This document shows positions 24,297-33,506 of a stretch of DNA of 64,000 nt, piece by piece. The stretch's first letter is position 1; each line of letters starts with the position of its first letter. The position numbers and the translations under genes are program-made. The notes beneath the pieces were generated by a model, which was not told the DNA's origin, did not search any database, and was given only the letters and a program-made list of their open reading frames with translations. The DNA comes from an uncultured Thermoplasmata archaeon (GTDB lineage: Archaea > Thermoplasmatota > Thermoplasmata > RBG-16-68-12), in NCBI GenBank assembly GCA_963768855.1, contig CAVYJM010000006.1, positions 480,001 through 544,000 of the forward strand. The letters run 5' to 3'.

Positions 24297-26110
24297 ACGG
24301 AGACCGTCGCCACCGGCACGAAGGTGTCCGGGACGTTCTTCCTCCGGCGTCGATTCGAGCAACAACGCGTACATCCAGTACCGCGAGGCGAACACAGGCA
24401 CCACGACGGTCACGGCCAAGAACCCGACCGCAGCGGGGACGAACCCGGTATGCGACTGGGCGACCTGCGCGAGCGGCGAGACCTCGGACAACGCATACAC
24501 GACCTCGAGCCAGAACAACCAGATACTTTCGTTCAAGTCCTTCGGCTTCGCCGTCCCGAGCGGGGCCGCGATTACCCAGGTCCGAATCGGCATCGAGGCG
24601 TTCCAGGCGGCGGGCGGAGACGACCAGATCACCGGCATCAAGCTTTCGTGGAACGCCGGGACGCCGAGCTGCAGCAACACGCTCGCGGGCGACCCGTTCG
24701 TCCCGGTGACTCCGAACGATCCAAACACGTACTCGTACTTCGACTCGACCGCCTGTACGGGCCACACTTGGGCTCAAGCCGACTTCGCCACCGGAACCGA
24801 CAACATCGCCTTCCAGGCCACGTACAAGAGGTCCGGAGGCGTGGCAACCGTGATCTCGGTCGATGCAGTCGTCGTCGAGGTCTCCTACGTTCCCGGCTCG
24901 TACCAGATGTCCGTCCGGTACGACTGGACCTCCGTCCCCGCAGGCGATGCGGTCACCCTGAACGTCGAGGCCTATCACGGCTCGGACGAGAACGTCAACA
25001 TTCAGGTCCTCACGCCTCCGTCCACCTGGAACACCCGGATCACGGTCACGGCCACGACCGATTCGAACCTGGCGCAGACCTACGCCCTCACCACGATCGA
25101 GTTCAACGCAGGCTCGCCCTCCATCCGCTTCGTCGACAGCCTCGGTGCGGACACGACCCAGACGGACCTCTGGGTCGATACGGCCGTCCTTGTGACCACC
25201 ATGACGAGGTCGCCCGGCACGGAGACGCTCACGACAGGTTCGCGCGTGAGCGGAACGTTCCCCACAGGCATCGGTGCCGCGGATGGCACTTACATCCAGT
25301 ACCGCGAGGCGAACACCGGGACCACAACGGTCACGGCCAAGAACCCGACGGCGGTGGGCACGGCCCCCGCGTGTACGGCCGGGGCATGTGCCAGCGGCGG
25401 AGCCTCGGACAACGCGTACGCCACGGTGAACAACAATCAACTCCTCTCCCTGAAGACTTTCGGCTTCGCCGTCCCGAGCGGGGCCACGATCACCCTAGTC
25501 CGCATCGGGATGGAAGCGTTCCAGGTTGCGGGCGGAGACGACCAGATCGCCGGGATCAAGCTGTCGTGGAACGCCGGCGCTTCCCCTTGTGGCAACACGC
25601 TCTCGGGCGATCCTTACACGCCGGTGAACACAGGCGACCCCAACACGTACCACTATTTCGACACGACGACGTGCACAGGGCACACGTGGGCCGCGGCGGA
25701 CTTCGCGAGCGGCACGGACAACGTCGCGTTCCAGGCCTCGTATTCGAAGGTCGGGTCCCCGACTCAGATCTCGGTGGACGCCGTAGCCGTGGAGGTCACA
25801 TACCTTCCGGCCACCTACCAGGTCTCCGTCCGGTATGACTGGACGGGCGTGCCGGCCGGGGACGCGCATACGCTGACCGTCCAAGGCTACCGCCAGGACG
25901 AGGACATCAGTGTTCAGGTGCTCACCCCGCCCTCCACCTGGACCACTCGGCTCACGATCTCCTCGGCGTCCAACGCTCTCTACACTTACCCCCTCACCAC
26001 GACGGAGTACAACGCCGGTTCGCCAGCGGTTCGGTTCGTCGACGCGGCCGGCGCAGACACCACGCAGTCCGACTTCTGGCTCGACCAAGTCGTCGTCACG
26101 ACCCGGACCG
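24297..26110 (+). repeat. Intragenic tandem duplication of a ~307-aa extracellular module
   Basis: Shared YIQYREANTGTTTVTAKNPTA, FGFAVPSGA, GGDDQI.GIKLSWNAG, CTGHTWA.ADFA.GTDN, QVLTPPSTW.TR; copies start at 24297 and 25219. Confidence 0.92.
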
Positions 26111-27165
26111 TGTGGGACCGCGTGATCCTGATGCGCAGCGCGGACGTGGGAGGTACGATCTGGGGATCCCAGGTCATCCTGGCCTCCGGGCGGACCGGGG
26201 ACGATCCGCTCCTCCACGCGTACGATTCCTCGGTACCGGCCCTCGCAATGGACTCGGCTGGCTTCCTCCACATCGTCTGGGTCTCCTCCGCGAGCCCGGG
26301 CAACCAGGCCACGATGGACCGGGTCCGGTATGTGAAGAGCACGGTGGCCTACCCGAACCAGGGCCAGATCGCGCTCGCGTCCACCTGGCAGGCTGTGACC
26401 TCGGTGGACGCTGCGAACCCGGGCACCATGCCGACCGTCTCGACGGACAGCTCGAACTACCCGCACATCGCGTGGAGCGGCTCGAAGACGAGCGGATCCG
26501 TCTTCTACAAGAACCAGTACGGGGGCTCGTGGCGGCCGACGGTCACCTGGGGGACGACCTACACCGGGATCTCCGTGGACGTATCGCCGACGACCAACTA
26601 CGTGAGCCTTGGGCGCTACTACGAGGCGGCCCCGAACGAGATTCAGTATACGGCGTGCAAGAACGTGGCCGTGAGCAACTGCGACGCATCCGCGGAGTTC
26701 ACCAAGTGGGACGGGACCGCAGGATACGACACGGTGGCGACCGGGGTCGAGAGCCACGTCTATCCGAGCCTCGCGACCACGTACGATGCGAACGGGGATC
26801 TCTGGATCGCGTACGCCAAGGACGTGGACGGGAGCACCCGCGCGATCTACGCGCGCCTCCTCGACTACCCGAGCGCAGGGTTTGCGGCCCCGGAGACGGT
26901 GGACGCCCTGACGGGCACGATCTTCACGCGGCCCGTGATCGGCGTGGACAGCTCGAACCGCGTCCACGCGCTCTACGTGGCCACGGCGGGGCCCCAGCTG
27001 TACTACAAGATGCGGTCGGGCGGAGTATGGGGATCGCGCCAGCTGATGGACGCATCCTCCGACGATCCGTCGATCATGGTCCGCGCCCCCAACGACGCGA
27101 CGTACGGATCCACGCCCGGGGCGATCTACTGGAAGTCGACCACATCCGGGACGTACTTCGTGGCG

Positions 27166-27300
27166 ATCCCCGAGTTCGAGTCGGTCGCCCTGCCGATCGT
27201 CGCCATCCTGGGTCTCGTCCTCGTGCTCCGCCGCAGGGCTTCGAGAAAGACCGGCTCCTGCGATGCGGGTGCGGAGACGTCCCGCAACCGACCGCGCTAG
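27166..27300 (+). other. PEF-CTERM archaeosortase-type sorting signal
   Basis: IPEF + TM helix (VALPIVAILGLVLVL) + RRR basic cluster at the C-terminus. Confidence 0.88.
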
Positions 27301-27612
27301 AGCCCGAGGACGGGATGTCCCTCGGCATTAACAGCGCGTTTCATGGCCAAGCTCTGCTCACTCGACGCCCTGACCCATGCCGAGGGATTGTTGGACGCCG
27401 CGTTGTCCCCCTGTCACGGTGCGCCCCGTCCCGGGGCTATCGAGGAGGGACCCATGCGGCGTTCTCTCCCGGCTTGCATCGCGCGTCACGGTTCGGCGCG
27501 ACCATACGCGGGAGCAAGCTATCCATGGACCGGCGAGGGGATAAACGTTCGCCCCGTCCGCACGTTTAATTAGGCCCCGCCCCTTCGCACGCCCTCAGCC
27601 TTCGGGAACCCC

Positions 27613-28083
27613 ATGGACGACCTGCGCTACGCGATCGCTCTCCTCTTCAAGAGGAAGGGCCGCGACGAGCTCACGGAGCGGGAGTTCGTCCTGTCGGCCT
27701 CGATGGACCTCCGCTGGTTCCCGCCCCGCGACGCCCAGCGCCTCCTGCAGCTCGGCCTCGCGACGAGCCTCCTCGAGTCCCACGGCGGAAACATCCGCCC
27801 GGCCTTCCCGATCGACTCGGTCGAAGTCCCGCGGGACTTCGTCCCGACCGCGAAGACCCTCGAGGTCGCCACACCCGCCTCGGAGGACACGTTCCTCCGC
27901 ATCGTGGACGCGATCGTGACGCACACGAAGTCGGATCGACGGGGCGTGATCGCCTCCGTGAACGCGGTCCAGGAGAAGATGGACGTCGACGTGGAAGTCG
28001 CGGCGCTCGTCGCGGCTCGCCAGGCCGGCCTCGATGTCACCCCGTTCCTCGCCCCGGTGAAGGCCCACCTCGGGCTTCCCTGA
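27613..28083 (+). CDS. DUF2240-family archaeal protein
   Basis: LFKRKG..L...EFVLSASMDLRWF.P.DA..L signature; TTTAATTA TATA upstream. Confidence 0.8.
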   Translation: MDDLRYAIALLFKRKGRDELTEREFVLSASMDLRWFPPRDAQRLLQLGLATSLLESHGGNIRPAFPIDSVEVPRDFVPTAKTLEVATPASEDTFLRIVDAIVTHTKSDRRGVIASVNAVQEKMDVDVEVAALVAARQAGLDVTPFLAPVKAHLGLP

Positions 28084-28581
28084 TCACTCGTCCTTGTCCT
28101 GCATCTTGATCAGGTCGCCCAGGGTCAGGCTTCCCGAGGCGGCCTGCTTCTTCATCGCGACGGGCTCCACCTTCTCCTTGAGCTTGATGCCGAGCGTGTG
28201 CTCGAGCTTCCGCACGAGGCTGTCCCCCGGGGAGATCGCACCGGACTCGAGCTGGGAGATGACGCTGACCTTCTCGTTGATCTTCGCCCCGAGGTCCGCC
28301 TGCTTCCATCCCCTCTCCTCGCGCGCGCGACGTATGCGCTGCGGGAAGTCCTCCGCCAGTTCCATCTCCCCGGCCTCGGCGTACACGTCGCGGGGTGTCT
28401 GACGCCGTTTCCGGGCCTCGAGCCGCTGGGCGATGACCGGGGGCATGTTCCCGCGTCGGACAACGGGAGTGGAGACCTCGTCCCCGAACTTCGCGCAGTT
28501 GCTGCAGACGGCCAGGATCGTGCTCTCGATGGCCACGTTCTTCGTGTGGGGAACGTCCGCGCCGCACAATTCGCAGATCAC
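28084..28581 (-). CDS. mbf1: Archaeal multiprotein bridging factor 1 (Zn ribbon + HTH)
   Basis: CELCG...CSNC.KFG; IRRAREERGWKQADLG; ESG...P; TLGDL C-terminal motif. Confidence 0.93.
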   Translation of the reverse strand: MICELCGADVPHTKNVAIESTILAVCSNCAKFGDEVSTPVVRRGNMPPVIAQRLEARKRRQTPRDVYAEAGEMELAEDFPQRIRRAREERGWKQADLGAKINEKVSVISQLESGAISPGDSLVRKLEHTLGIKLKEKVEPVAMKKQAASGSLTLGDLIKMQDKDE

Positions 28582-28600
28582 GATTTCAAGTCCGCAACCG

Positions 28601-28626
28601 CTAAATAAAAGGTGTTGGGTATATAG
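28601..28626. promoter_or_regulatory. Divergent TATA boxes for mbf1 (minus) and pan (plus)
   Basis: CTAAATAAAA and GTATATAG, AT-rich boxes 22 nt and 36 nt from the two start codons. Confidence 0.7.
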
Positions 28627-28661
28627 GCTTCGTCCTCCGCCGGCCCACCGGACGAGATTGC

Positions 28662-29873
28662 ATGGACGAAGAACAGATCCGAGAATTCTCGGAGAAACTC
28701 TCTGAGCGAATCGCCTCGCTCGAAGATCGGAACGACAAACTCCTGGAGACCGCGCGCCGCGTGGAGGGTGAGAAGCGGTACGTGGAGACGGAGCTGATCC
28801 GGCTCCAGAAGGAGATCAAGAGGCTCAAGCAGGAGCTCGACCGCCTGAAGAGCCCGCCCTTGATTATCGGGAACATCCGCGATGTCCTCGCGGACGGCCG
28901 GGTCGTGGTGAAGTCGTCGACCGGTCCGGACTTCATCGTGAACGCGGCGGACTACATCACGAAGGAGAACCTGCTCGTCGGCGCGCGGGTCGCGCTCAAC
29001 AAGCAGACGCTCGCCGTGATGGGCGTGCTGCCGCCGTCCTACGATCCGATCGTCACGGGCGCGGAGATCATCGACAAGCCCGACGTCACCTACACGGAGA
29101 TCGGCGGCCTCGACCAGCAGATCCTCGAGCTCAAGGAGGCGGTGGAGGACCCGCTCCTCAAGCCGGACCTCTATCGAAAGGTGGGCATCGAGCCGCCGAA
29201 GGGCGTTCTCCTCGTCGGTCCGCCGGGCACGGGCAAGACGCTCCTCGCCAAGGCGGTCGCGAACCGCACGAAGGCCACGTTCATCCGGTTCGTCGGTTCC
29301 GAGCTGGTCCAGAAATACATCGGCGAGGGCGCGCGTCTCGTGCGGGAGCTGTTCGAGCTGGCCCGGAAGAAGTCGCCCTCGATCGTGTTCATCGACGAAC
29401 TGGACAGCGTGGGCGCGAAGCGCCTCGAGGTCGCGACGTCCGGGGACCGGGAGGTCCAGCGGACCCTGATGCAGTTGCTCGCGGAGCTCGACGGGTTCAA
29501 CCCGCTCGGCGAGGTCAAGATCATCGGGGCCACGAACCGTCCGGACATCCTCGACGACGCGCTCCTCCGGCCGGGCCGCTTCGACCGCATCATCGAGATT
29601 CCGATCCCCAGCTACGAGGGCCGCCTGTCCATCTTCAAGATCCATACGCACAAGATGAGCATCGGGACCGAGGTCGACTTCGACACCCTCGCCCAGCGCA
29701 CGGACGGCGCGACGGGCGCGGACCTCAAGGCGATGTGCACGGAGGCGGGCATGTTCGCGATCCGGGAAGACCGGGACTCCGTGACCATGACCGACTTCGA
29801 GCTCGCGGTGGACAAGGTCCTCGGGGAGAGCCGCGTGCGGCACGAGACCGCGAGCGGCGCGATGTACGCGTGA
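28662..29873 (+). CDS. pan: Proteasome-activating nucleotidase
   Basis: N-terminal coiled coil + OB fold, [35 protein letters not shown]-terminal HbYX (MYA). Confidence 0.97.
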   Translation: MDEEQIREFSEKLSERIASLEDRNDKLLETARRVEGEKRYVETELIRLQKEIKRLKQELDRLKSPPLIIGNIRDVLADGRVVVKSSTGPDFIVNAADYITKENLLVGARVALNKQTLAVMGVLPPSYDPIVTGAEIIDKPDVTYTEIGGLDQQILELKEAVEDPLLKPDLYRKVGIEPPKGVLLVGPPGTGKTLLAKAVANRTKATFIRFVGSELVQKYIGEGARLVRELFELARKKSPSIVFIDELDSVGAKRLEVATSGDREVQRTLMQLLAELDGFNPLGEVKIIGATNRPDILDDALLRPGRFDRIIEIPIPSYEGRLSIFKIHTHKMSIGTEVDFDTLAQRTDGATGADLKAMCTEAGMFAIREDRDSVTMTDFELAVDKVLGESRVRHETASGAMYA

Positions 29874-29954
29874 AACCCGCATCCGCAATGTGCGACGCCC
29901 TCCGAGCGTCGCACCATAACCTTTATTCGGACCTCTAGATTAGCCCGGCCGGTC

Positions 29955-30830
29955 ATGGTTCGTTCCCTAGCCAGGGACGACTCCGCCCTCAGCGACTGGA
30001 TCGTCCTGCTGGCCCTCGTCGTCGCTGCCGCTGTCGTCCTCGGCGCCTACTACGTCGTCTTCACGCCGACGAGACCCGGCTCGCCCCCGCTCGCCCAGCT
30101 CGGCGACACGGTCTACATCGACTACATCGGCACCTTCCAGAATGACAACCTCGTGTTCGACACGAGCATCCAGTCCGTCGCGGCGGACAACGCGACCTAT
30201 CCGAAGGCGTTCAGCTTCAGCTGGCGGGCCACGTACTCGAACCTGCAGTTCGTGATCGGCGACGGGTCCGTGGTCCAGGGCTTCGACCAGGGCGTCCGAG
30301 GCCTGGCCGCGGGACAGACCACGACGGTCGTCGTGCCCCAGGACATGGGGTACGGCCCCGCGGATGCGAGCAAGATCCACACCTACCCGCTCGTCCAGAC
30401 CTTCCCCATCCGGGTCACGATGAACGAGACCGCCTTCACGAGCTACTACGGCGAGACCGCGGTCTCCGCCACGAACGTCTCCGATCCCATCTACGGATGG
30501 AGTGTGACGGTCGCGATCCTGAATGGCCTCGTTGTCGTGACGAACAGCCCCTATCCCTCCCAGGTCATCCATCCGTACGGATTGTGGAAGGCGACGGTCC
30601 TCAGCGTCGATGATGCGGCGAACAACGGCACGGGCCTCATCACGATCCAGAACCGCATCGACCCGACCCTCGTGGACAAGATCGGCGGGACGCTTTCGAG
30701 CGGGGGCACGTTCTACCTGTCCGCCGTGGACCTCAACGCAGGGACGTATACGCTGAACTTCAACCGACAGGTCGTCGGCCGGACCTTGGTGTTCCAGGTG
30801 ACCCTCGTTCGACTCTCGAGCCTCGCCTGA
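29955..30830 (+). CDS. Membrane-anchored FKBP-type peptidyl-prolyl isomerase with large insertion
   Basis: N-terminal TM helix; GDTVYIDYIG..FDTS; G.G.VVQGFD.GV.GL..G; split C-terminal strand NRQVVGRTLVFQV. Confidence 0.85.
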   Translation: MVRSLARDDSALSDWIVLLALVVAAAVVLGAYYVVFTPTRPGSPPLAQLGDTVYIDYIGTFQNDNLVFDTSIQSVAADNATYPKAFSFSWRATYSNLQFVIGDGSVVQGFDQGVRGLAAGQTTTVVVPQDMGYGPADASKIHTYPLVQTFPIRVTMNETAFTSYYGETAVSATNVSDPIYGWSVTVAILNGLVVVTNSPYPSQVIHPYGLWKATVLSVDDAANNGTGLITIQNRIDPTLVDKIGGTLSSGGTFYLSAVDLNAGTYTLNFNRQVVGRTLVFQVTLVRLSSLA

Positions 30831-30841
30831 GGGCCGCCGCC

Positions 30842-31462
30842 ATGGCCTCCGTGGCGGACTGGCTCTCCGGGCTGTTCGCATTCCTCGGTCCCGCGGGCAC
30901 CCTCCTCGCGCTCTTCTTCGTCTTCGTGATCGACGCGGCGGTCATCCCCGCCCTCCCCGAGCTTGCCGTCGTGCTGAGTTTCCTCTACCGCGCGCCCGGC
31001 GAGGACCCGTTCACCTGGGCCCTGCTCCTGCTCGGGATGGCGATCGGCGGGGAGGCCGTCGGCAACACGCTGATGTACCTCTGGGTCCGGAAGCTCGTGG
31101 TCGACCGGGGCCATCTTCCGAAGTTCGTGAACCGGTTGATGAAGGGCTGGACCCAGCTCCTCCTGGTCCGGGACGAGCGCATCATCCTGCTGAACCGGGT
31201 CGCCCCCGTCGTCCCGTTCGTCGGGGCGTTCATCGCGGTCGTCGGCTGGAACTACACGAAGTCCCTCGCGTACATCGTCCTCGGCGCGGCGGTGAAGTAC
31301 AGCCTGTTGATCGTCCTCGTCGGCTACCTCGGCGTGGCGTACGACCCGAACACGGCGACGCTGATCACGGTCGGAGCCATCGTGGTGCTCGTGGCCGCAT
31401 CCCTCGGCGCATCGATCCTCTTGCGACGTCGGATGGCCGCCCCGCCCTCCGGGTCGTCCTAG
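30842..31462 (+). CDS. DedA/VTT-domain membrane protein
   Basis: IDAAVIPALPE, GGEAVGNTLMY..., ILLNRVAPVVP; multiple TM segments. Confidence 0.75.
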   Translation: MASVADWLSGLFAFLGPAGTLLALFFVFVIDAAVIPALPELAVVLSFLYRAPGEDPFTWALLLLGMAIGGEAVGNTLMYLWVRKLVVDRGHLPKFVNRLMKGWTQLLLVRDERIILLNRVAPVVPFVGAFIAVVGWNYTKSLAYIVLGAAVKYSLLIVLVGYLGVAYDPNTATLITVGAIVVLVAASLGASILLRRRMAAPPSGSS

Positions 31463-32163
31463 TACTCCTGGCGGGCGTACTCCTTCGCTTCGATCGATTG
31501 GCCCGCGAGGAGCTTGAGGTCTCCCTGGAGCCACAGGAAGAGGGTCCGCAGGTATCCGTTCTTCTCGAGCCGCCGCACGCTGAGCTCGACGTAGAGGCGG
31601 GCATCGTAGACGATGCGCCCCTTCGCCTTGATGCGGATGCCCACGTCCACATCGTCCGAGTGCGGGAGGTTCCGGTAGCCGCCGATCTCGAGGAACGCGT
31701 CCTTCCGGAAGGCCGAGTTCGTCCCGCCCGTGCCGTACAGCCCCGCGAGGGCCGCGAGGCGAATGATCCCGCGGACGAAGAAGTAGATGAACCGGGCCTT
31801 CCGCCCTCCGTCGAAGGGTCCGTCCGGGCCGCAGACGGCCACCACCTCCGGATCCCGGAAGTCCTCGACGATGTGCTCGAGCCAGTCCGGCGGTAGCCGG
31901 CAGTCCGCGTCCGTCGTGGCGATGATCTCCGCGTTCGCGATCCGCACCCCGTCGTTCCGTGCGCCCCCGATCCCTGGGGACGTCTGCACGATCACCCGAT
32001 CGGCGCGCTTCGCGGCTCGTTCGCGGGTTCCATCGCGGCTCTCCCCATCGACGATCAGGATCTCATACTCTGCGCGGGGCAGGGTCTGCCGCTCGAACTG
32101 GGAGAGGAACGCATCGATCCCCTTCGCCTCCTGGTAGGTCGGCACGACGACGGAGACCTTCAT
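31459..32163 (-). CDS. GT2 family glycosyltransferase
   Basis: VSVVVPTYQE, IVDGESRDGT, ARNDG, TTDAD (DxD), FRKDAF..IGGY, SVRR. Confidence 0.93.
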   Translation of the reverse strand: MKVSVVVPTYQEAKGIDAFLSQFERQTLPRAEYEILIVDGESRDGTRERAAKRADRVIVQTSPGIGGARNDGVRIANAEIIATTDADCRLPPDWLEHIVEDFRDPEVVAVCGPDGPFDGGRKARFIYFFVRGIIRLAALAGLYGTGGTNSAFRKDAFLEIGGYRNLPHSDDVDVGIRIKAKGRIVYDARLYVELSVRRLEKNGYLRTLFLWLQGDLKLLAGQSIEAKEYARQEY

Positions 32164-33464
32164 GCGGCCGCCTCCAGTTCCCGCGCGAGGCCGAGCGCCC
32201 GCAGGATGACCTGGTCCGTGTTGATGTAGTCGAACTGTCCGAAGCGGCCGAGCAGCCGGAGCCCGATCCGCGCCGCGTAGGCCTCCACGACATCGAGGTT
32301 CTTGCGGTGCGCGCGGTCGAAGACCACGTAGGCGTAGCGCGTGCGCGCGACGCGGGAGATGAGGATCTCGGACCTCTTGAACACGCCCAGGTGATCCGCG
32401 CGCTCGACGACGTGCTCGATCAGATCCTCATCCGGCGCAGACCAGACCGGGTCGCCGACGTCGCATGTGATCTCGGCCATCGCGGAGCTCGCGCCCGCCG
32501 GGGCCACCCGATCCGAGAAGTTGCTCGGGAACGAGATTCGGTTGAACTTGCCGTCGGCGGGCGTGGGGAAGTAGACCCAGCTGAAGTCGTTCAGGTCGGG
32601 CCGGTCGAAGCCGACCATCACGGTCACGAGGGACCGGTGGACGAGGGCGGCTCCCGCGGCCCGCACCTCCTTGGGCGCGTCCTCCAGGGCCGCGACGAGT
32701 TCGGGGATCGGGATCGTGGCGACGAGGCCCTCATACTCCTTCTCGTCGTGGCCATCGGAGACGACCCACGTTCCCCCCTTCTTGCGGATCGACGTCACCC
32801 GGAATTGGGGACGGACCTTCGGGACTTGGGGCAGGAGGCCCCGGATCAGGCTCTCCACCCCGCCTTCGCGGGGGTACAGGAAATGGAGCTGGTGGGTGTA
32901 CCCCTCCGTCGGGATGCCGAGGCTCGACTTGATCACGTCCTCGAGCGGCGGGTCGGGAACTCGGCCCTCGACCCACTCGATGCCCATGTCCGCGGCGGGC
33001 GTCTTCCAGATCTTCTCGTTGTACGGGAGGAGGTAGCACTCCGTGATGCCGCGGCCGAACCGGTGGTACATCCACTCGCGGAAGTTCGTCGGCTTCGGGG
33101 CGGAGCCCGTCGCCCGCGCGACGTATGCCTCGATGTAGCCGAGGACGCAACGCAGGTTGTCCTCGGCGGGGAGCTCGGAGAGGCCGTTCTCGAAGGGATA
33201 CTTGACGTACCGACCCTTGTAGAAGACCTTCGTGTTCCGCCGCCGGCGGGAGACGTTCGGGCCGAGGAGACCCTCGTAGAACGCCATCGCCTCCGCGTTA
33301 CGGGAGAACAAGATGTGCGATCCGTGCGGATCGAAGGTGAAGCCCTCCGTCGTCAGGCTGCGGCAGAGCCCGCCGGGCCGGTCGTCCTGCTCGAGGACCT
33401 CGGCGTCTCGAAGCCGCGACGCGAGGACGAGCCCGGAGAGCCCGCCTCCGAGGATCCCGATCAC
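32160..33464 (-). CDS. FAD-dependent oxidoreductase (UDP-galactopyranose mutase / HemY-like)
   Basis: GxGxxG (ILGGGLSGL), GGLCRS, FDPHGSHILF, PYNEKIW, GRFGQFDYINTD. Confidence 0.85.
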   Translation of the reverse strand: MIGILGGGLSGLVLASRLRDAEVLEQDDRPGGLCRSLTTEGFTFDPHGSHILFSRNAEAMAFYEGLLGPNVSRRRRNTKVFYKGRYVKYPFENGLSELPAEDNLRCVLGYIEAYVARATGSAPKPTNFREWMYHRFGRGITECYLLPYNEKIWKTPAADMGIEWVEGRVPDPPLEDVIKSSLGIPTEGYTHQLHFLYPREGGVESLIRGLLPQVPKVRPQFRVTSIRKKGGTWVVSDGHDEKEYEGLVATIPIPELVAALEDAPKEVRAAGAALVHRSLVTVMVGFDRPDLNDFSWVYFPTPADGKFNRISFPSNFSDRVAPAGASSAMAEITCDVGDPVWSAPDEDLIEHVVERADHLGVFKRSEILISRVARTRYAYVVFDRAHRKNLDVVEAYAARIGLRLLGRFGQFDYINTDQVILRALGLARELEAAA

Positions 33465-33506
33465 GGCGGCTCCAGAAGGGGCCGGTGTATTAAGCTCTAC
33501 CCCGGC

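Larger units (their letters stand above)
20550..27300 (+). pseudogene. Giant (~2,249 aa if corrected) KaiC-like pseudo-ATPase-TPR-Zn ribbon-TNG repeat-TM-extracellular repeat-PEF-CTERM protein, split by three single-base frameshifts (~22410, ~24210, ~24340); pseudogene or sequencing errors
   Basis: Sense reading continues across frames at each shift (DLA-F-YVEV; QT-A-CDATN; GTF-SSGVD matching GTFPTGIG in the duplicated module); corrected length 6750 nt is a multiple of 3. Confidence 0.75.

Noticed and set aside
27350-27380. SRP helix-8-like TCAGG-N10-AGCAG on the minus strand
   Set aside because: The 10-nt insert cannot form the 3-bp stem plus GNRA loop, and there is no Alu domain or helix 6
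27343-27573. 76-aa ORF MAKLCSLD...
   Set aside because: No SD or promoter, atypical codon usage, no motif
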